Positions 1 to 9,095 of a stretch of DNA of 64,000 bases are shown piece after piece. Source of the stretch: a virus (lineage: Duplodnaviria > Caudoviricetes). Each line of letters opens with the position of its first letter. Position 1 is the first letter of the stretch. Under the pieces are notes generated by a model. The model searched no databases. It was not told the origin of the DNA and worked only from the letters and a program-made list of their open reading frames with translations. Location of the stretch: IMG/VR virus record IMGVR_UViG_3300020349_000003. The stretch is one strand, 5' to 3'. The translations under genes and the position numbers were made by a program.

Positions 1-18
1 CGCTTGCTTTTGCCATAA

Positions 19-564
19 TTAAATTCCAATGTATACATTTGCACTACTACCTGCAATTACAGACTTACAGGGATATTCAGTAGTTCCGTTACCCAAAGGG
101 TCACCTACTCTTGCCACGTACTTACCGTTAATTCTAACGGACTTTGATGTGGCATATGCTTTACGTTTGTGTCCTGTAGCTGGTTCACGACCTGCTGCAG
201 TACCTATAACGCAATGATAAGCTGGGGTTTGCTCTGTATTAGTGCAATCCTCATTTGCAGACTTAGTAGTATGCATAGTAGGTGTGGAATGAGGTATTAA
301 CTCATCACCATCTAGTATTGGTATTTTACCATTAATTACTACATTTGTCACCTGGGTAGATGAATCAGGTAACTGTCTTTCTGGTGGCCACCAAGTTGTA
401 GGATCCATCTCATCAACTGTCTTTGCAACAATACTACTATCCGTAGGAGAATGAGGACAATTAGAAAGAGTGCCTCCACCAAACCCAGGATGATGTATTG
501 AAGGTAAAGAAGTACCGTGTCCAGTACAACTTCCATTATATGTTGCTATAGATTGAGTAGTCAT
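19..564 (-). CDS. PAAR-repeat spike tip protein (T4 gp5.4-like), extended
   Basis: GHG, HSTP and GHKR histidines; VRINGKYVARVGDPLG...CKSVIAGSSANVYIG C-terminus typical of PAAR proteins. Confidence 0.8.
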   Translation of the reverse strand: MTTQSIATYNGSCTGHGTSLPSIHHPGFGGGTLSNCPHSPTDSSIVAKTVDEMDPTTWWPPERQLPDSSTQVTNVVINGKIPILDGDELIPHSTPTMHTTKSANEDCTNTEQTPAYHCVIGTAAGREPATGHKRKAYATSKSVRINGKYVARVGDPLGNGTTEYPCKSVIAGSSANVYIGI

Positions 565-2912
565 GGTAGATATTCTCCCGTATTAAATGGATTGCCGTAC
601 TCTGTAATTGCGTCCTTCCAGACATTAGCAGATTTTGTCAAAGAATTGTACATAGGTAGCGTTCCAGTAGCATTCCATGTTTGACATCCAGATCCAAGAA
701 GCGGTGACATAGTGTATGTAGTAACGGTATTTCCGCTAGTATTATCAACATTACCTGTATTAGGAGCACTACATCCTATATGTCCACACCCAGTATTAAC
801 AGGTGTGCATGATAATGCGACATTAATGTCTACTTTCTTGGTTGCATCAGCTCTATATTGACGCATATGGTATTTAGTGTAGTTAGAAGCATGAGGTAAA
901 CCGCTAAAACGCCCTTGTACAGTGGTAACCATGCGTTCACGGTTAACAGCATACGCAGGAACTGACGCTTGTGTTATATCTTCTATGTCTTGTAACCGCA
1001 TTTCTTTGTTACGATCCTTTTCATGCACCAATACATCACCAAACCAGGCGGGATATATGTCACCTACATGCACTAATGAGTAATTAACTGCGAATCTTGC
1101 GTCAAATTCCTCCATAGTTGTACTCTTATAGTGATATTGAGGTACTTTTTGCACTCTATTCAGATCTGGGTCTTGTTTTAGAGTGATTCTTGGTGCATAA
1201 TTGACCTCGGCTTGTTCTCTAGGGTGCCGTAACCAACAATCTGCTACCTTATTAAGCATCTCGGTATCCGTTCCACCAGGTATTGAGTTAAGAATGTTCT
1301 GAAAATCACTAACATCAGTATCTCTATACGCTGCATTCTGTATTCTATCAATCTCTTCCTTATAAATGTTCTGCACATATGGTCGTGGTAGAGGTGTTTG
1401 AGTATATCCAGACCCTCCACGACTAACCTTGACTGCAGTAAGCACTCCATTAGTCCATGCTGGCTTAAGTTCTGCCTGTGTTCCACTAACAGCATAGGGT
1501 GGAGGTACTATAAGATCTGGTTCTCTACCGTATTGGTTCCATCCAGACCCACCATCTACTAATGTAACACCAGTCAAAATACCATTCGTAATGGTCACAT
1601 CAATAACAGGTGGCACAAGTAGATTATATGTGTCTGGAGCGTTTTGATCAACGTCTGCAGGTACATATTGCACTGATTTGTCCAAAAATTCGTAAAATCC
1701 GACTAAAATTGCCCTATCTGGCACCATATAACCAGCTTTTACCGTAATAACGTGCGATCTATTGCTAGTATACTGCGTTTCTTTAGCAAAACTGCTCCCA
1801 TTTCCATCAATATAGGCAATATGGTAAGGAAAATTGTCTAAATCGGTGTGAAATACCCTCTTAACTGTATGTCCATTAATAGTATCACCAGAACGTAAAA
1901 CATCGAATCCTTCTTGCCCTTCTGTTGCTTGGTACGCTTGTACTGTCTTTACTTTTAAATTTAAGTTTAGTACGGAGGTACTATTATCAGGGTGAGTGTG
2001 AGTATACTCTAAGGTAAACGTTTGACCAGCACTATACCCTACTCCTGGTGATAAGATCTCTGAAATAGTCCACGAGGTACCTGAGAATGTTGTGGTTGCC
2101 CCACTATCGTCATATACTGCCTTAATTCTTGCCTTTACACTGAAACCTGTGGACGCTCCCGAATTTAGGGTAAAGATTTTAAAGTCATCAAAGAACTCAT
2201 CCCCTGCCATATAAGGATTATCACCAGAAACGTACTCTGTACCGACTACAGTGTTCTCGTTCCATACGTCAGTCCATGTGGTTCCGTCGTCAGAGACCTC
2301 AAAATCAGAAACTCCATTAGGTAACGTGGTTGAAAGCGAGTTATAACTGAATACAACCTTCTTACTAAGGGTTCCTATTGAAAATAGAGTTGGATGAGGG
2401 CAGTCGGGGTCGGCACACCCACATTCAGCAGCACCAGGTACATCATAAGTTAATGTGGTTGTCGCAGGGGTGCATGAAAACGCCCCACAAGGGTAGCAAG
2501 TGTCTGTAGATGAACTTGCACCTGTTTGAGTGTTTGTGACGTTCTCAGTCTCTATATGGTAGCAAGGAGTGCCTACTACACCTGCATCGTTTGAGGTGTC
2601 ATACAGATAGGAGAACCATGTATCTGAGAAACCGTGGTCATATGATAGACCCTCTGGGTAATAATCGAAATATAACGTCTCACCACATGCTGACTTAGTA
2701 TACTTACCACAATTCGCTACACTACTTCCACTCAATGCGATAGATGGGTACATTACTGTAGACCCATCTCTTCCAGGGATGTTATAAGCACCTCCCCTTA
2801 TCGCATTAGTTGGATATTCTTTAAATTCTACAAGAGTAACTCCTTCTCCTGTTCCAGGTTCAAACCTTTCACAGGAATTGGAACTACAATCATTCTGTGG
2901 GTTGCACCCCAT
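561..2912 (-). CDS. Virion structural protein (baseplate/tail associated)
   Basis: 783 aa, Thr/Gly/Cys-rich, with the xxxGGSGY/W beta-repeats seen in cyanophage structural proteins; overlaps the PAAR gene. Confidence 0.55.
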   Translation of the reverse strand: MGCNPQNDCSSNSCERFEPGTGEGVTLVEFKEYPTNAIRGGAYNIPGRDGSTVMYPSIALSGSSVANCGKYTKSACGETLYFDYYPEGLSYDHGFSDTWFSYLYDTSNDAGVVGTPCYHIETENVTNTQTGASSSTDTCYPCGAFSCTPATTTLTYDVPGAAECGCADPDCPHPTLFSIGTLSKKVVFSYNSLSTTLPNGVSDFEVSDDGTTWTDVWNENTVVGTEYVSGDNPYMAGDEFFDDFKIFTLNSGASTGFSVKARIKAVYDDSGATTTFSGTSWTISEILSPGVGYSAGQTFTLEYTHTHPDNSTSVLNLNLKVKTVQAYQATEGQEGFDVLRSGDTINGHTVKRVFHTDLDNFPYHIAYIDGNGSSFAKETQYTSNRSHVITVKAGYMVPDRAILVGFYEFLDKSVQYVPADVDQNAPDTYNLLVPPVIDVTITNGILTGVTLVDGGSGWNQYGREPDLIVPPPYAVSGTQAELKPAWTNGVLTAVKVSRGGSGYTQTPLPRPYVQNIYKEEIDRIQNAAYRDTDVSDFQNILNSIPGGTDTEMLNKVADCWLRHPREQAEVNYAPRITLKQDPDLNRVQKVPQYHYKSTTMEEFDARFAVNYSLVHVGDIYPAWFGDVLVHEKDRNKEMRLQDIEDITQASVPAYAVNRERMVTTVQGRFSGLPHASNYTKYHMRQYRADATKKVDINVALSCTPVNTGCGHIGCSAPNTGNVDNTSGNTVTTYTMSPLLGSGCQTWNATGTLPMYNSLTKSANVWKDAITEYGNPFNTGEYLP

Positions 2913-3561
2913 CTGTCTTACCTTCTAGTGAATCCAATCTCTTGTTTATTGCTCCTATAAGGAAACTTAAACCTTGAAATTGCTGTTCCATACCAATCAC
3001 CCTTGACTGAATTACTCCATCAAGTCTTGCTTCAAATGAATCCATCTTACTATGTAAAGCATTGAAATTCTCTTCCAATGTCATAAACTGTTTAGTACCT
3101 TCATTACTGATTAAAAACTCTTGTAATATTCTTTCAGGTCTCTCCATTTCACCAAGATACTTCTCCATACCCTCTAGACGTTTATGAAGTACTTCGATAC
3201 ATTGGTTAAGAGCAACGTGTGCTTCTTGGTTGTCATCTAGACAGTACTTAATCCATTCCCAATCTATTTCATCACCTTCTGTACTATTAGGTATAGGAAC
3301 GTCTACTCTAGCAGATCCTTTCATAAGGTCATCCAAGAAATCATCAATTTGTTCTCTCTTATCTAATTCCATTGCTGTGCCTATACCACCCTTCTGTATC
3401 TTATCCAGATCTGGAGGTAGGTCTTCTTCTGTTAATTGACTATCATAAGGAGTTCCCATCTCCTCTTTTGCTGCTTTTAAGTGTGCTTGATATTCTTCAT
3501 CATCTTGTTTGTCAAGTTCTGTAGGATTGTCCCCAGTGAGAAATGGTGATTCTTCAGTCAT
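2890..3561 (-). CDS. Hypothetical acidic coiled-coil protein
   Basis: 223 aa ORF in an operon-like arrangement. Confidence 0.6.
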   Translation of the reverse strand: MTEESPFLTGDNPTELDKQDDEEYQAHLKAAKEEMGTPYDSQLTEEDLPPDLDKIQKGGIGTAMELDKREQIDDFLDDLMKGSARVDVPIPNSTEGDEIDWEWIKYCLDDNQEAHVALNQCIEVLHKRLEGMEKYLGEMERPERILQEFLISNEGTKQFMTLEENFNALHSKMDSFEARLDGVIQSRVIGMEQQFQGLSFLIGAINKRLDSLEGKTDGVQPTE

Positions 3562-3712
3562 CTTTTAATAATTTAAGTGAGTTTTCATCTATACTATAAT
3601 TTAGCACTTCTCCAACCTCCCAATTTAGTTCGGAGTATACCTCTTCTGGGATATACATGAAGAGATCTCCATATTCATCCTCTTCTACGTTTATTGTAAA
3701 TCTCTTGGACAT
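3554..3712 (-). CDS. Small AbrB/MazE-like protein (52 aa, not in ORF track)
   Basis: Manual translation MSKRFTINVEEDEYGDLFMYIPEEVYSELNWEVGEVLNYSIDENSLKLLKDD; the IPxE..xxLxWxxGxxL pattern fits a swapped-hairpin fold. Confidence 0.55.
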   Translation of the reverse strand: MSKRFTINVEEDEYGDLFMYIPEEVYSELNWEVGEVLNYSIDENSLKLLKDD

Positions 3713-3715
3713 ATT

Positions 3716-3931
3716 TCATAAGCGATTAATTTGTGTATTTGGATCAGGTGTACTATTCTTCCATCTTTCCCATAAGGTATATAGTTCCTTCAAATCTTTG
3801 GATATACCTTCTGTTAGGGCATGGTCTGCACAAGCATACATCCGAGTTTCTAAGTGCCCTTCTTTGCGTATCAATTGCTCTAAGCACCATGTTCTGTCAT
3901 CTTGATAATCTTGGAAAAACTCTGGAGTCAT
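3716..3931 (-). CDS. Hypothetical protein
   Basis: 71 aa ORF, tightly packed. Confidence 0.55.
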   Translation of the reverse strand: MTPEFFQDYQDDRTWCLEQLIRKEGHLETRMYACADHALTEGISKDLKELYTLWERWKNSTPDPNTQINRL

Positions 3932-4125
3932 GTTTTTGTACTGGGAAAATTTTTTAAATATTTTTATATATCACTTGCTCTTGGGAACCTTTGTAGGTTA
4001 GGGTAGTTTGCTTTTTAATATAACGGCCCCCATCAAGACCGAGAACCCCCATGAACACTGCGATTTGGGCGGAGTTCTTTACATTTAATAACCTATTAAA
4101 CTGTCCTGAGTGTTACATAGGCATG

Positions 4126-4153
4126 AAAAAGGGAGTGCTTGGTTAACACTCCC
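4126..4153 (-). terminator. Rho-independent terminator
   Basis: GGGAGTGTTAACCAAGCACTCCC followed by TTTTT on the minus strand, just after the 4163-4393 gene. Confidence 0.8.
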
Positions 4154-4162
4154 ATTCTAACA

Positions 4163-4393
4163 TTATGCTGCTAGATTGTCAAGAACTGACTGCTCAATCT
4201 CTGTGACGTTTGTAACACTTCCTAACCACTTATTGATGTGCCTAGATGTTGTTACAGACCAGAATTTAGATGTTCTAACATAACCTTCAGAAGGTAAATA
4301 TGCTGCAACTGGTGTTCTATAACTGAAGAAGATTTGTGTTCCGTCGTTAATAGTAACTTCGTTCTGATTAGCAGCGATAGGTGTTAGTTTCAT
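4163..4393 (-). CDS. Early hypothetical protein
   Basis: 76 aa; FFSYRTPVAA and WSVTTSRHINKW motifs; has its own promoter and terminator. Confidence 0.75.
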   Translation of the reverse strand: MKLTPIAANQNEVTINDGTQIFFSYRTPVAAYLPSEGYVRTSKFWSVTTSRHINKWLGSVTNVTEIEQSVLDNLAA

Positions 4394-4424
4394 TTAGGAT
4401 TAATCCTTTGTTTGTTACTCTCTT

Positions 4425-4482
4425 ATTATAACCCCTCAGAGGGTGCTTACAACAACCTGTGTGCCACTTTGTCTACTGTCAC
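4425..4482 (-). promoter_or_regulatory. Early promoter with upstream palindrome
   Basis: GTGACA-N10-TGGCAC (4461-4482) 30 bp upstream of TATAAT (4425-4430). Confidence 0.75.
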
Positions 4483-4541
4483 ACCCTAAGTGTTACTTAA
4501 GGGCAAAGATCTGTCATGGGTTTCTGTTACCTCTCAAGGTA

Positions 4542-4571
4542 ATTATAGCATGATTTGTTATAATCTGTCAA
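4542..4571 (-). promoter_or_regulatory. Consensus sigma70 promoter
   Basis: TTGACA-18 bp-TATAAT on the minus strand. Confidence 0.7.
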
Positions 4572-4596
4572 GAATATTGTGATATCCTCGTTAACA

Positions 4597-4625
4597 TTGA
4601 CAGTCGGTAGATTACGTGCTAAGAC
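4597..4625 (+). promoter_or_regulatory. Possible sigma70 promoter firing into the DnaA-box cluster
   Basis: TTGACA-17 bp-TAAGAC with an extended TG. Confidence 0.35.
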
Positions 4626-4631
4626 TACATT

Positions 4632-4724
4632 TTCTCCACAGGTTTTCCACAGTTAACTAACACTTAACCTAGTTTATTTAACCATTTAATTGTTTTCCAC
4701 AAAAACACGATTACCTGTGGAAAA
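4632..4724. promoter_or_regulatory. Cluster of four cyanobacterial-type DnaA boxes (oriC-like or datA-like)
   Basis: TTCTCCACA 4632-4640, TTTTCCACA 4643-4651, TTTTCCACA 4693-4701, inverted TGTGGAAAA 4716-4724; AT-rich spacer; non-coding. Confidence 0.65.
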
Positions 4725-4727
4725 GTA

Positions 4728-4868
4728 TCATTTAGTGACCCATAATCTGTTCTCTCTGATATACTCCCACTGTATGATGATTAACTCCTTTAAAGTAATA
4801 AACACATAATGCAATTGTTCTCCGTGAGTAACATCGTAGTGACTGTAATCCTTCTTGTTAATTGTCAT
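4728..4868 (-). CDS. Small hypothetical protein (46 aa, not in ORF track)
   Basis: MTINKKDYSHYDVTHGEQLHYVFITLKELIIIQWEYIRENRLWVTK; ATGA overlap with the upstream gene. Confidence 0.5.
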   Translation of the reverse strand: MTINKKDYSHYDVTHGEQLHYVFITLKELIIIQWEYIRENRLWVTK

Positions 4869-5143
4869 TGTACATCTCCATATCTTCCCTCTTGTGATTT
4901 ATACATAGCGGCACCATCTGTAGGTGCTTCCGTAACATTTAACAGGTGGACATCTTTCCAATACTTGTTATTACATAAGAGGTTAACTTCTCCATATGGG
5001 TTACAACTACCTAATGCTAATTCGGGTGACTTTTTCCACCTTCTCAACGTGATAGTTATATACATTTTGTCAATGAAATTAACCTCTCCTTGTTCATCAT
5101 TCCAGCGTACGATTTGTCCCTTCTTAAACTCATTGAAACGCAT
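4865..5143 (-). CDS. Early hypothetical protein
   Basis: Start moved to MRFNEF to avoid overlap with the upstream ORF. Confidence 0.55.
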   Translation of the reverse strand: MRFNEFKKGQIVRWNDEQGEVNFIDKMYITITLRRWKKSPELALGSCNPYGEVNLLCNNKYWKDVHLLNVTEAPTDGAAMYKSQEGRYGDVQ

Positions 5144-5153
5144 GTAATTACCC

Positions 5154-5342
5154 TCAGTGATTGTCAACAATGTCCCAAAACCATCCGATTGATTTGATAT
5201 AATCAAAGCATGAAAAACGTGGGAGATCTTTATATCTATCTCCCCTAGAGTTTCTAACACCGTCCATGTACAATTCTAGGTCACTAACTGTTTCAAACGT
5301 ACCATGTAATTTGTCTGAGTTGTCATATACTTTATACTGCAT
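5154..5342 (-). CDS. Early hypothetical protein
   Basis: 62 aa, packed in the early operon. Confidence 0.55.
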   Translation of the reverse strand: MQYKVYDNSDKLHGTFETVSDLELYMDGVRNSRGDRYKDLPRFSCFDYIKSIGWFWDIVDNH

Positions 5343-5344
5343 GA

Positions 5345-5617
5345 TTAGATGTGTATGTAATAACGTAGGTCACCAGATATCTCTCCATGAATGTTATTCT
5401 CTGGGTCATCTTTTAACCTACAAAATCTTCTTACTGGCACAACTGCCACACAATCTTCATCCCAACATAGGGCATCTTGTAATAACATATCATCCGAAAA
5501 TGATTGTAATTCTGTTAACAAATCAAGGTAAGTCATGGTGTCGTTTGTGTTAAATTGGTGAGCGTAACTATCCCATCCAGTTGTTAATATGTTCCAAGGG
5601 ATTAGGATGGGGTGCAT
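5345..5617 (-). CDS. Early hypothetical protein
   Basis: ORF track; true start may be 5536. Confidence 0.5.
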   Translation of the reverse strand: MHPILIPWNILTTGWDSYAHQFNTNDTMTYLDLLTELQSFSDDMLLQDALCWDEDCVAVVPVRRFCRLKDDPENNIHGEISGDLRYYIHI

Positions 5618-5935
5618 TTACTTATAGTGCAAATCTGTCGAGTAGTTAGTGTTACTATCATCTGGCAATTCCTCACCACTCTTTTTAACATACTCAGAGA
5701 TAATCTCTCTTGCTTGTTTAAAGATAGGGTCGAAATTAAGACTACCTCGTAAATCATGAGCAACCTCATCTATCTGCTCTGATGTTAAACAATGGTCAGG
5801 ATGTCTGACATCACATAGAGGGATAGTATGCTCTACTAACTCATTTAAATTGATTGTAATCTCGTAGTCTCGATATACTGGCATAGTGTGATTTGCGTAG
5901 AGTTGTTCTAAATCAGGAGTGATGATTACGTCCAT
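5618..5935 (-). CDS. Early hypothetical protein
   Basis: 105 aa acidic ORF. Confidence 0.55.
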   Translation of the reverse strand: MDVIITPDLEQLYANHTMPVYRDYEITINLNELVEHTIPLCDVRHPDHCLTSEQIDEVAHDLRGSLNFDPIFKQAREIISEYVKKSGEELPDDSNTNYSTDLHYK

Positions 5936-6009
5936 TTGATGTTATTTAGAAGGTAAAAAAATCGGGGCGTGTAACCACAACCCTGACATATTGTTGATAG
6001 ATCTATACA

Positions 6010-6138
6010 CTATTGGCATAAATCTTCAAACCTTGCATAAGCAATAGACTCGCATTGTTCTTCATCAAATTGAGGATATTCTTCTAATACTTCCTCATAG
6101 ATTGTTTCTAATAGTGCTTCGTGATGTATAACTGACAT
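6010..6138 (-). CDS. Early small acidic protein
   Basis: MSVIHHEALLETIYEEV...; start trimmed. Confidence 0.55.
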   Translation of the reverse strand: MSVIHHEALLETIYEEVLEEYPQFDEEQCESIAYARFEDLCQ

Positions 6139-6143
6139 AATAA

Positions 6144-6371
6144 TTAAACTCCTACTAATGATACTGAATTTGCATAATCTTGTTTTAGATGTAAACAAGT
6201 CTTATGAATTTGGAAGAGTAAAGACATATCTACTCCCTCCCAATCTGTCCACTCTGATACATAATCCCAAGCGTCAAAATCGCCTGTATTATCAACATTT
6301 AGTGGGCATGATTTGAATTCTAAATCTTCATCAATCCAGAAGATTCTTCCGAAAGCGTCACTACTATACAT
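6144..6371 (-). CDS. Early hypothetical protein
   Basis: MYSSDAFGRIFW...; GGAGG RBS upstream. Confidence 0.55.
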   Translation of the reverse strand: MYSSDAFGRIFWIDEDLEFKSCPLNVDNTGDFDAWDYVSEWTDWEGVDMSLLFQIHKTCLHLKQDYANSVSLVGV

Positions 6372-6624
6372 TGTAAGTAACCTCCGTTGATGATACAAAC
6401 TGCCATGAGTTTGAGTGGTCTACGTTGTTATCAACGTAAGAGAATGTATGAATCTTGTCATACACTTCATTGACATACTGTTCAGTAGTCATAATTCTTT
6501 TGGACATAGTTTGTCCCATAAATGTTAAGATTCTAAGGACTCTATCGTACTGTTTAACACCGTTGCGTGTCTTTACAGGATAGTAGTCACTAACCATAGA
6601 ACCAGTTTTTGAAGAAAGTTGCAT
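6364..6624 (-). CDS. Early hypothetical protein
   Basis: MQLSSKTGSMVSDYYP...; GGAG RBS upstream. Confidence 0.55.
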   Translation of the reverse strand: MQLSSKTGSMVSDYYPVKTRNGVKQYDRVLRILTFMGQTMSKRIMTTEQYVNEVYDKIHTFSYVDNNVDHSNSWQFVSSTEVTYNV

Positions 6625-6656
6625 AATAAACTCCGTAATGTGTGTAATAAATGTGA

Positions 6657-6968
6657 TTAAACTTGGGACATTGCCAAGTCTTTGAGATAATCTTCTGCAC
6701 AATCTTGTGCGTCTTCGATGTTATCAAAAGAACCGAGATTAACTGATGTACCTATAAGGCAACCTTTAGAGTCATCATAGTTCATAGACTCAACCTTGAA
6801 AAGGTCTCCACCGTAGTGATAGATTGAAAGATTAGGGTCTAGAGTATTCTCACGTCTGTAAGAATCAAATGAAGAGGTTCTTACACCCTGAGACCACTCG
6901 AAACCTAGATAGTCGTCACATAGATTGACGCACTGTTGAAAAAGAGTTTTAGAATTTGAATTTGACAT
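6657..6968 (-). CDS. Early hypothetical protein
   Basis: First gene after the early promoter at 7036-7094. Confidence 0.6.
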   Translation of the reverse strand: MSNSNSKTLFQQCVNLCDDYLGFEWSQGVRTSSFDSYRRENTLDPNLSIYHYGGDLFKVESMNYDDSKGCLIGTSVNLGSFDNIEDAQDCAEDYLKDLAMSQV

Positions 6969-7035
6969 AATTTTGAAATTGAATGTTTGTTACCTTGTTA
7001 ATCAAGTGATTTTGCTCTTCCTTGATTATGTACTT

Positions 7036-7094
7036 AATATAGCACAGATTTGAGCAAAAATCAAGCGACCTTGTGCCACTTTGTCTGCTGTCAC
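7036..7094 (-). promoter_or_regulatory. Early promoter with upstream palindrome
   Basis: GTGACA-N10-TGGCAC 7073-7094; TATATT 7036-7041. Confidence 0.7.
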
Positions 7095-7099
7095 TGGGT

Positions 7100-7309
7100 T
7101 TATCTGATGTAACCGTTTTCGGTTACCATGAAAGCATCTAGTCTAGCGATGTCTAGGTCAGCATCATCGAAATCGATTTTAGCACACCCATAAACTCCCC
7201 ACTCTGCTAACTCCTGACAGAACTCCATCCAGTTAGCACATACGCAAGCAACATTCTGGAAGTTCTCAACTTCGAGAATTCTGTTGATGATGGTTTGAGT
7301 TTTTGACAT
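7100..7309 (-). CDS. Early hypothetical protein
   Basis: MSKTQTIINRILEVENFQNVAC..., downstream of an early promoter. Confidence 0.6.
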   Translation of the reverse strand: MSKTQTIINRILEVENFQNVACVCANWMEFCQELAEWGVYGCAKIDFDDADLDIARLDAFMVTENGYIR

Positions 7310-7336
7310 AATAGTTCTTTTCTTTGGTATATACCT

Positions 7337-7395
7337 ATTATACACACGCAACTACCCCAAATGGGAAAAATATGTGCCAGTTTATCCACTGGCAC
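7337..7395 (-). promoter_or_regulatory. Early promoter with upstream palindrome
   Basis: GTGCCA-N10-TGGCAC 7374-7395; TATAAT 7337-7342. Confidence 0.75.
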
Positions 7396-7411
7396 AAGAT
7401 CTGTTGACTGT

Positions 7412-7657
7412 TTATTTAACTACACTTAGTGTTACAGATGGTGCTGTTACGTTATCAACTAACTCATCAAATAGTTCAGGGTCGTAATCATCTATGTTCT
7501 CTTTTAACTCTGTTGATGTAAACTCTCCGTATGTAAATACGAGGTCATCAAGTACATATTGTGCAAGAGTCTTTACGTCCATGTTATCAACTAAGAGTTC
7601 AGCATACTGCTCAATTAGTTCTTTCTTTTGTGCTGGTGTGAATGATACTTTAGTCAT
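7412..7657 (-). CDS. Early hypothetical acidic protein
   Basis: MTKVSFTPAQKKELIEQYAELLVDNMDVKTL... Confidence 0.55.
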   Translation of the reverse strand: MTKVSFTPAQKKELIEQYAELLVDNMDVKTLAQYVLDDLVFTYGEFTSTELKENIDDYDPELFDELVDNVTAPSVTLSVVK

Positions 7658-7955
7658 GGAAACCTGTAATGAATGGTTCGGGGTTAATGTTACATAGGGC
7701 ATCTATCTCTGCCTCGTGAATGTCAACTGCTGTCTCTAACTTCTCAAAGATGTTATCAACATCCTCATTAAATGTCTCATCGTTAGTATCATCACTGTTA
7801 ACAATGTACCCTTCTAAAACATATAGAATGGTGCTAATTTGGTCAACAGTTAGTGATACTGGCAACTCACAATCTTCAATACCACGTTGTAAGTTAGTCT
7901 TAGCATCTAACTCACTATCTGTTGAGTTAGGGTTTGCAGTTTGCTGGTAATTCAT
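7650..7955 (-). CDS. Early hypothetical acidic protein
   Basis: 101 aa, GGAGG RBS. Confidence 0.55.
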   Translation of the reverse strand: MNYQQTANPNSTDSELDAKTNLQRGIEDCELPVSLTVDQISTILYVLEGYIVNSDDTNDETFNEDVDNIFEKLETAVDIHEAEIDALCNINPEPFITGFHD

Positions 7956-8113
7956 GTTAACCTCCAGTCGTATTTGGTAATGGATTCTTTACACTCAGGA
8001 CATGTTAATCCTGAGAAGTTGAAGTGATAAACTGTGCGTACTGATTCACATTTAGGACACGCAATCTGTTTGCCATTCTTACCACTTCGAGTGTAACGAT
8101 TAACATGTTTCAT
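7952..8113 (-). CDS. Small zinc-ribbon protein (53 aa, not in ORF track)
   Basis: MKHVNRYTRSGKNGKQIACPKC...LTCPECKESITKYDWRLT; two CxxC motifs; ATGA overlaps on both sides. Confidence 0.65.
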   Translation of the reverse strand: MKHVNRYTRSGKNGKQIACPKCESVRTVYHFNFSGLTCPECKESITKYDWRLT

Positions 8114-8319
8114 GTTAACCACTTTTCATCAGTTGTTTCTAACATTTTACCCACCTTATATTCATATCCTTCACAATACTCAACCTCTTCATAATGTTTG
8201 CAATGTTCAAAATCAGATGCAATTCTCTTTGCTTCAGTCTTATTTTCTGCACCAACTGTTACTGAATAGTAAACAACTTTCTTTGCTGAAAATGTGTAAC
8301 TGTTTAATAGTTCACTCAT
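8110..8319 (-). CDS. Early hypothetical protein
   Basis: MSELLNSYTF...; GGAGG upstream. Confidence 0.5.
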   Translation of the reverse strand: MSELLNSYTFSAKKVVYYSVTVGAENKTEAKRIASDFEHCKHYEEVEYCEGYEYKVGKMLETTDEKWLT

Positions 8320-8478
8320 TAGAATTGTCCTCCATAGAATCAGGTAAGTGTGCAATCGTTAATACTTTATCAAACAAATTTGTTTGATTTGTTGTAAACT
8401 CAAAGTCCATATCTCTGAGTGTATCGTATAACTTAACGAACTCATATAGTTCGTCATTAGTAACTCGAATCATTCTCA

Positions 8479-8715
8479 TTATGCCTCCCAATAAAGTGAA
8501 TTAAACTCTGCAATGTTTAGGTGTTCATCATCATGTACACGACCTAATTGCTCATCATCACCATCACAATCAAAGATGAATTCTTCACAAAAGTATTCAA
8601 CTGAGCAACCTAATCTCTCTGCTGCTCTTAAGAATTCTCCGATATGTTCATCGGATAAATCTAACTCATCAATGCAAAATGCAATGTCACGTTCTAATTG
8701 AGATTTGCTCATCAT
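8479..8715 (-). CDS. Early hypothetical acidic protein
   Basis: 78 aa, ATGA-coupled. Confidence 0.55.
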   Translation of the reverse strand: MMSKSQLERDIAFCIDELDLSDEHIGEFLRAAERLGCSVEYFCEEFIFDCDGDDEQLGRVHDDEHLNIAEFNSLYWEA

Positions 8716-8951
8716 GCACCTCCAAAGGAAAATTGTGGACTTTGTAGTAAAATATCTCTTACATGTTCTCTATCTAAACTATCACCATCACCCCATGAAT
8801 ATTCGGGCATTGATGGATAACAACACATCTGCAAGTATAACCAACTTGCCTCTAATATGTCTTGCTTTGTTAAACCTTTGATAGGATAAAGGTCGGATTG
8901 TGGGTTATAAAATGACCACACATAATCAATGAATTCTTGTAAATTGTTCAT
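8712..8951 (-). CDS. Early hypothetical protein
   Basis: FIDYVWSFY...WGDGDSLDREHVRD motifs. Confidence 0.6.
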   Translation of the reverse strand: MNNLQEFIDYVWSFYNPQSDLYPIKGLTKQDILEASWLYLQMCCYPSMPEYSWGDGDSLDREHVRDILLQSPQFSFGGA

Positions 8952-9095
8952 TACTTTTTACCTCCCTTAGTTGTAGATTTGGTTGATAGATTTGATAAGA
9001 AGTAATAACGAATTGTTGGAGTTGGATTTAACAACTGTTCATACACTTCTTTTGAAAGACTTGTTTTCATTAGTTGAATTCGTTTGAACATTCTT

